This document shows, piece by piece, positions 58,505 through 64,000 of a stretch of DNA of 64,000 nucleotides. The stretch comes from Leptonemataceae bacterium (GTDB taxonomy: Bacteria; Spirochaetota; Leptospiria; Leptospirales; Leptonemataceae), in assembly GCA_965227295.1 (NCBI GenBank), contig OZ245742.1:4384001-4448000 (forward strand), in the 5' to 3' direction. The notes beneath the pieces are model-generated. The model saw only the letters and a program-made list of their open reading frames with translations, ran no database searches and was not told where the DNA came from. Every line of letters starts with the position of its first letter. Positions within the stretch are counted from its first letter, which is position 1. The position numbers were made by a program, and so were the translations under genes.

Positions 58505-59353
58505 TCAAAACGCGAAGCCGACACCGACCCGGCCGTTGATTTCGCGCAGGTCGCCGTCGAAGCTGTCGCCGCCACTGCTGGAACCGCCGAAGAGCGTATC
58601 GCCGGCGCCGTTGGCTACCGTGCCCTTGATCTCGTTGTTCACCCAGTCGGCTTCCGTTACAACGTAGATGTTGTCCGTGAAAAAGAAACGAAAACCCGCG
58701 CCGATCCCGTACCGTATCACGTCCAGGCGCGACGCCTGGGTCTGGCCGTAACCGGCGATACCCCGAAAGTAGAGATCGATGGCGCCGTCACCGCCGAAGG
58801 GGTGGAACGCGACGTTAAGATCACCTGCCGTAATGCGATCGAAGTCGTTGGCGCTCGTCGTCAAATACGGCCACACGTTTTCCAGGCTGGCAAACGTTCC
58901 GCGCAGCGACGGAATCAACAGGGCCGTACCGAGAAAGCCGAACTCCGCCGCCGCCGGTACGAGGCGCGCGTTCTGCGCTGAGTAGCTTTGATGAGTCGCC
59001 GACAGGCCGATGCCCAGCACGTCAAAGAGCGCGTACTCAAACGTAAGCTGACCGCCGAAGGAAGTTAGATCCGCCTCGGGGGCGTTCTGCCGCGAAATGT
59101 ATTGCAAAGCGGCGGCGCTGGTGTCACCGTTGAGCGCGGTCACCGGACCAATGGGCAAAATGCGGTTCTGATCTTTATAGAGATTGTAAACGTCGCCGCC
59201 GAAGTGGAGACCCCAGCCGGCCTTCAGGTCTAAAAGGAAACGACCTTCTTTGAAGCCCGTGGACTGGGCAAAGAGGGACGCGGGCGCGGACAGGACGGCC
59301 AGGATAACGGCCGCTAACACCAGACGGTTCGACTTTTGGAAAGAACGTAGCAT
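58505..59353 (-). CDS. Outer-membrane beta-barrel protein
   Basis: Signal peptide, alternating beta-strand pattern, C-terminal GVGFAF. Confidence 0.75.
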   Translation of the reverse strand: MLRSFQKSNRLVLAAVILAVLSAPASLFAQSTGFKEGRFLLDLKAGWGLHFGGDVYNLYKDQNRILPIGPVTALNGDTSAAALQYISRQNAPEADLTSFGGQLTFEYALFDVLGIGLSATHQSYSAQNARLVPAAAEFGFLGTALLIPSLRGTFASLENVWPYLTTSANDFDRITAGDLNVAFHPFGGDGAIDLYFRGIAGYGQTQASRLDVIRYGIGAGFRFFFTDNIYVVTEADWVNNEIKGTVANGAGDTLFGGSSSGGDSFDGDLREINGRVGVGFAF

Positions 59354-59547
59354 TGAATCCTCCTGCTCGCCGCGGCGAGCACCGGTTCCAGACCGGTATG
59401 TATGTTTCGCTGGTGTCAGACGAACAGGAGGATTCGCAGGTTCAACCGTTTTAAGGGCCGGCGCCCGTTTCCAGGACATTAGCGATTGACTCGGCTGCGC
59501 CGAGTCCTCATTGTAGGCGTGCGACTCACGCGTCTATAGCCGCCTAC

Positions 59548-60247
59548 GTTAAGCGAAATCCGGTCCTTCTATATGACCTGGTATGCGAGCCAAATATTAG
59601 CCAGTCGAGCAGCACTCCCCGAGCTTCAAAAAGATCCTTACCTCTCGAAAGGCCTCTACCGAATTCCGAAATCCATGCACATCGATGGGCTTTCCCTTTC
59701 AGAAGACTTGCTGGTAGCGAGGGAAGTAGTCTTTGCAGCGGAGACCCACGAATCCAAATGGTACTCTAAAGCCTCTTTGCCGTGGCTCTCCTACTCCTCG
59801 AACTCTCCATCCGAAAGTGTGTCCCGGATCTTAAACAACGCATCAGACTGTTTTGAGGATTCTGAGTCTGAGATTCTGCCCGCCCAGTTCTTGGAGCTAC
59901 TCCAGAATATTGCGTCCAGCAGTAGCTCTACCATCGTCTATTACACCGCTCAAATGTGGGGCGGACTATACGACAAAGAACTGGCGTTCTGCTTCGACAG
60001 TGAACTTCGAGTCTATTGCCGAATGGAAAAGAACCAGATCATAGAAGTCTCACTGGATAAGAGGACAGAAAAGGGCAAGGACAGCTCACCAATTCAGATC
60101 GCGCTGCAATTTCTCGGTCATACTCTGCAATCCAGCTACTGCGAATTTCTAAGCCGTACCTTTCCCTGGAGTACCTTTGATCTAACTGCACGTTAAGCGC
60201 TGCGAGCTCGCTTACGCTCGTGCGCGGTCGCACAACTTCGCTTTAAG
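59548..60247 (+). mobile_element. Probable isolated integron gene cassette with degraded attC ends
   Basis: GTTAAGCGAAAT (GTTRRRY core) 25 bp before the ATG; a near-complement ACTTCGCTTTAAG after the stop; ORF composition differs from its neighbours. Confidence 0.5.
59573..60196 (+). CDS. Hypothetical protein (AT-richer, atypical codon usage)
   Basis: 207-aa ORF with many A/T-ending codons compared with flanking genes. Confidence 0.7.
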   Translation: MTWYASQILASRAALPELQKDPYLSKGLYRIPKSMHIDGLSLSEDLLVAREVVFAAETHESKWYSKASLPWLSYSSNSPSESVSRILNNASDCFEDSESEILPAQFLELLQNIASSSSSTIVYYTAQMWGGLYDKELAFCFDSELRVYCRMEKNQIIEVSLDKRTEKGKDSSPIQIALQFLGHTLQSSYCEFLSRTFPWSTFDLTAR

Positions 60248-60317
60248 ACGTACGCCAGGTGAAATTAGCCAGGGAACCCAATGCAGTACATTCATCAGAG
60301 CGCATGCGGCTGCTCGA

Positions 60318-60624
60318 CTCTTGCGCCAGGGATTGGAAGGGTCGCGAAGCGAGGGCCTGACTAAAAAGGCCGCTCAGGGATGACGGAGCGGCCGCAGACT
60401 ATCAATTCTTGCGTTAGCGATTGGAGGGGTGGGCCGAAGGCCCAGTCTCAGCCGTCTTCGGCTGAGACCGCAGCGAAGCGGAGCCCCGGGCCGCTCTCGG
60501 ACATCCTGTCCTTCGCGGCATAAGGCCATCCATGGCCAAAAAAGCGCGACCAATTCCGCCCCGCTTGTCGGGGCGGAATTCCTTCTCTTCCCCACCGAGC
60601 GCGAAGCGCGGAGGGGAACTCCCA
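60318..60624 (+). repeat. Family A cluster (partial copy plus an expanded copy at 60406-60624)
   Basis: TCTTGCGTTAGCGATTGGAGGGGT...GTCTCAG..CTGAGACCGCAGCGAAGCGGAGCCC...GGGGAACTCCCA, sharing blocks with 13581-13702. Confidence 0.78.
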
Positions 60625-60837
60625 GGCAAGAATTACTTTACTGTAAGTTAACGTTGCGATTTTTGGCTTGAAATAACTATGGAATTAAAGCGAGACTTTT
60701 TGATGGCGACATCGTCTCCCGCGACTTATTGGTCATCCCCCGAAGCCGAAGGCACGGAATCGTCGTAGCCGATTCCTCACCCGAAGACGCGCAAGGCGCG
60801 TCGCTACCTTCAAGCCCTGGAAAGCCCTGCCTGTTAC

Positions 60838-63438
60838 TTATCCCGCTTCCACTTCTTCTTTCAACGCCAGTTGCGCCACGGCGAGCAGTGCGATGGGCAC
60901 GCTGTAGGAACTGCACGAGACATACTGCAAACCGGCGGCCCGGCAGAACTCGATGTTCTCCGGATCGGCGCCGTGCTCGCCGCACAGACCGAGCTTAATG
61001 TCCGGCCGCGTGAGCCGACCGCGGATGCTGCTGATCTTGATGAGTTCTTTCACCGGCACGCCGAGGACCTGGAAGGGATTCGCCGCCAGGAGGTCGTACT
61101 CCGTGTAGGCCGGGAAGAACGAGTTCGAATCGTCGCGGCTGAGGCCGTTGGTGGTCTGGGTAAGATCGTTCGTGCCGTAACTGAAAAACTCGGCGTAGCG
61201 CGCCAGCTCGTCCGAAAGCAGGGCCGCCGCAGGCAGCTCCACCATGGTGCCGATCTTGTACTCGACCGAGGTGCCTTCTTTTTCGAAGACGTCCGCCGCG
61301 ATCTCCGCCGCGCCGCGAACATGCTTGCCCTCGATCTTCTTGCCGTTGCGGATCATGTTCAACTCGGACGGATTCATGATCAGCGGGATCATGATTTCGG
61401 GCACGACGTTGTCGTTGCCTTCTTTCTTGAGCTTGCACGCCGCTTCCAGGATGGCGCGGATCTGCATTTCGTAGATTTCCGGATACGTGATGGCCACGCG
61501 GCAACCGCGGTGACCGAGCATGGGATTGAACTCGTGCAGGCGATCCACCTGGGCGTCGATCTCGGTGGTGTCCGGCGTAATGCCTTTGCCTTTCAGATAC
61601 TCAAGATAGTCGTTCATGACCGACTCGGTGCGCGGCAGGAACTCGTGGAGCGGCGCGTCCAGGAGACGGATGGTCACCGGATGCGGGGCCATGGTGCTGA
61701 AAAGATCGTAGAAGTCCTGGCGCTGCAGCGGCTGCAGATCGTCCAGACACTTGATGCGCGTCTCGGTGTCTTTCGCCAGGATCATTTCGCGGAAACGATT
61801 GATGCGGTCGTCGGCAAAAAACATGTGCTCCGTGCGGCACAGGCCGATGCCGTAAGCGCCCATGGTCTTCGCCACTTTGGCGTCGCGCCCCAGGTCGGCG
61901 TTGGCACGGACCACGAAGTCCGGCTTAATGAACTTCTTGATGACCTCGATGAAGTCGGTCAGCCCGTTCGTGTGGATGTCGGGGTTGATCAGCTCCGCTT
62001 TACCGAGAAAGATCGTCGGCTCCTTGTAGACCGGCACATCGAGAGTTACGTAGTCGCCTTCTTTCACGGTGACGCCGTTGAGCTCGAACTGTTTGTCGCC
62101 GTACTTGATGTCCGTGTTCACCACGCTCACCTTACCCATCGAACGCGCGACCACCGGAGCGTGGGAACTGTATCCGCCTTCCACGGAGATGACGCCCTGC
62201 CCGACCTCGATGGCCTTCACGTCTTCGGCATACGAAGCCTCGACACAGAGGACGAGCCGCGTGTCCTCGCCTTTCTGCAACGCGTCCCGATGGGCTTCCA
62301 TGAGCGCGTCCGCCGAAAAGTAGACGCGCCCCACGGCAGCACCGGGAGAACCCGCAAGACCGCCGCTCACGGACGGAATGGACGTGACCGATTCCGGATC
62401 CACGATGGGGTGCAGCAACGTTGCCAGTTGTCCCGGCGGGATCTGCTCAACGAGCCATTTGTCTTCGACGACGTTTTCTTTCATGAGATCCAGGAGCGTA
62501 CGGATGTGCGCCTGGGTGGACTTCTTGTCCTCGGCGGTCTGGTTGATGATCCAGATGTTGCCCTGCTCGACGATGAACTTCACCTCGCGCAGTTCGCGGA
62601 ACTTGTGCTCCAGCTTGCGGCCGATTTCGTTCATCTCTTTCAGGTAGGTCTCGTCCATGCCGTGAATGTCTTCGCCCTTGTTTTCCAGGGTGTAGGCCTT
62701 GCGCACGAAACTGCCCTGTAACTTAGCGTCGCCGGTGATGATGTTCCGCGTGAAGAACATGCCCACCATATCGTTCTCGCTGAGGTTGCCAAAGACCATG
62801 CCCTGCACCATGACGGAGAGGTTGTCGTCTTCGTCCAGTTCCGGGTCGTAATAACGTTTCGCCGCATGTTTGATGACGGCTTCCAGTTGCGCCATGGGAT
62901 CGTCCGGGATCCTGTCCGGGCCGATGAGCGCCTGCATTTCGTCGGCGCACTTCTGCATGTCCTCGGCAGTGCGTTCGTACTTCTTTTCGATCTCGTCGAA
63001 CTTCCCGGGCTCGATGTCGAAGAGTTTGATGCCGGCGGTACGCAAGAGGTAGCAGTACTCGAACCAGGCCGAGGCCTCCCCGATCATCTTCGCGAAGCCG
63101 GGAATGGTGACCGGAGACAGTCCGACGTTGAACACGGTCGGATAGATGGGCAGCACCAGGTTCGCGCTGCACACGACCTTCACGAGCAGCGGATTTTCCG
63201 AATCGCCGTATTTGCGGCCGATGCCTTTTTCGATGTGCGCCAGTCCCGGCGGAGCGATGCTCTTAACATCGAGGTTTTCGATCTTAGAAACAGTGCGGGA
63301 TTCGAATATGAAGCCGGGCACCACCGGCATCTTCAGTTCGGCAAGTTCCAGTGCTCGCTGCCCCCGTTTTCCGGATCGCTCCCAGACGTCCTGGTCCGAG
63401 GTGCAACCTTCCTGGCTGAACATATGAATTTGTGACAT
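60838..63438 (-). CDS. Pyruvate phosphate dikinase-like protein with a degenerate ATP-grasp domain
   Basis: GGYSSHAPVVAR, GIGLCRTEHMF, IRLLDAPLHEF, NPMLGHRGCR, GTNDLTQ and GLCGEHG are intact; N-terminal ATP motifs are altered. Confidence 0.88.
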   Translation of the reverse strand: MSQIHMFSQEGCTSDQDVWERSGKRGQRALELAELKMPVVPGFIFESRTVSKIENLDVKSIAPPGLAHIEKGIGRKYGDSENPLLVKVVCSANLVLPIYPTVFNVGLSPVTIPGFAKMIGEASAWFEYCYLLRTAGIKLFDIEPGKFDEIEKKYERTAEDMQKCADEMQALIGPDRIPDDPMAQLEAVIKHAAKRYYDPELDEDDNLSVMVQGMVFGNLSENDMVGMFFTRNIITGDAKLQGSFVRKAYTLENKGEDIHGMDETYLKEMNEIGRKLEHKFRELREVKFIVEQGNIWIINQTAEDKKSTQAHIRTLLDLMKENVVEDKWLVEQIPPGQLATLLHPIVDPESVTSIPSVSGGLAGSPGAAVGRVYFSADALMEAHRDALQKGEDTRLVLCVEASYAEDVKAIEVGQGVISVEGGYSSHAPVVARSMGKVSVVNTDIKYGDKQFELNGVTVKEGDYVTLDVPVYKEPTIFLGKAELINPDIHTNGLTDFIEVIKKFIKPDFVVRANADLGRDAKVAKTMGAYGIGLCRTEHMFFADDRINRFREMILAKDTETRIKCLDDLQPLQRQDFYDLFSTMAPHPVTIRLLDAPLHEFLPRTESVMNDYLEYLKGKGITPDTTEIDAQVDRLHEFNPMLGHRGCRVAITYPEIYEMQIRAILEAACKLKKEGNDNVVPEIMIPLIMNPSELNMIRNGKKIEGKHVRGAAEIAADVFEKEGTSVEYKIGTMVELPAAALLSDELARYAEFFSYGTNDLTQTTNGLSRDDSNSFFPAYTEYDLLAANPFQVLGVPVKELIKISSIRGRLTRPDIKLGLCGEHGADPENIEFCRAAGLQYVSCSSYSVPIALLAVAQLALKEEVEAG

Positions 63439-63575
63439 GAGTAATATGACTCCGCTGAGATTTGGATGAGCGCCGTCCGGCGCATGTTTGGTCTACGGCT
63501 GCGCGCAACGGCCTTCTGGAACCGGGAACGCACAGGCGAACTATTGAAACGCACACCCGAATTGTAAACGATTTA

Positions 63576-64000
63576 TTAGGCGTTCTTCTGGTCCGTCGGT
63601 GCCACGCCGGGTTCGTAAATGGAGACGTTGTTGCGCCCGCGGTGCTTGCAGATGTAGAGCGCGTCGTCGGCGAGTTTGACGAAGTCGTCCACCTCGTTGA
63701 TGTACTGCGAGTGCAGTGGATAACTGGACACGCCTATGGATATCGTAATGTGGGCGACCTGATCACCAATGGGGATGGGGCGAGACTCGATGTTCTTACG
63801 AATGAGTTCGCCGACTTCCATGCCGCGGTCCGGGCCGGAATCGGGGAGCAACACCACGAACTCTTCGCCTCCGTAGCGGCCGGCAATGTCGTCGCTCCCG
63901 AGCTTGTGTACGGTCTCTTTGATGACGTGAGCGAGTTCTACCAGGGCCTGGTCGCCGCCCTGGTGGCCGTAGGTATTGTTTACGTTGCGAAAGAGATCAA
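63576..64000 (-). CDS. Diguanylate cyclase, C-terminal GGDEF domain (5' end outside the window)
   Basis: VNNTYGHQGGD..., DIAGRYGGEEFVVLL, ADDALY..K..GRN. Confidence 0.92.
   Translation of the reverse strand, partial: DLFRNVNNTYGHQGGDQALVELAHVIKETVHKLGSDDIAGRYGGEEFVVLLPDSGPDRGMEVGELIRKNIESRPIPIGDQVAHITISIGVSSYPLHSQYINEVDDFVKLADDALYICKHRGRNNVSIYEPGVAPTDQKNA

Noticed and set aside
60180..60200. ATCTAAC...GTTAAGC as a complete attC site
   Set aside because: The two boxes are only a few bases apart, far too close for an attC, and are not complementary.
60730..60835. Hairpin-rich stretch after the PPDK-like gene as an ncRNA
   Set aside because: Single occurrence in the window with no recognisable RNA family; more likely terminator- or REP-like remnants.
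1..64000. tRNA, rRNA, riboswitch, transposase or prophage genes
   Set aside because: None recognised by eye in the intergenic regions; a tRNAscan/Rfam run would be needed to exclude divergent RNAs.

Overview
A GC-rich chromosomal segment from a spirochete, most likely a Leptospiraceae/Leptospirales member. The inference rests on a FlaB-type flagellin, a flgG-A-H-I-J block with muramidase-less FlgJ, a SpiroCoCo-like coiled-coil protein, hisZ-purA and 7TM sensor proteins. About 60 CDS were identified, mostly housekeeping (murJ, hisZ, purA, tlyA, ispA, ndk, ychF, glpK, glpD, rsgA, recX, hspQ, pepA, bcp, trxB, pyrB, queF, panB, flagellar genes). I found no rRNA, tRNA, CRISPR array, integrase or transposase by eye. 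The most interesting protein-level signals are: (i) a full-length PPDK-like protein with a degenerate ATP-grasp site but intact phospho-His and PEP domains; (ii) two tandem sugar-binding 7TM kinase-like receptors that both have Thr at the phospho-His position; (iii) a citrate synthase homologue with Glu in place of the catalytic His; (iv) a stand-alone DnaA paralogue with altered DNA-recognition residues. The non-coding signals are: (v) a ~330-bp tandem repeat with a dispersed, nearly indel-free copy 24 kb away; (vi) two families of palindromic intergenic elements; (vii) four phased TGAC-N5-GTCA boxes before glpD; (viii) a probable stranded integron cassette. All calls come from manual motif reading; no database searches were run.
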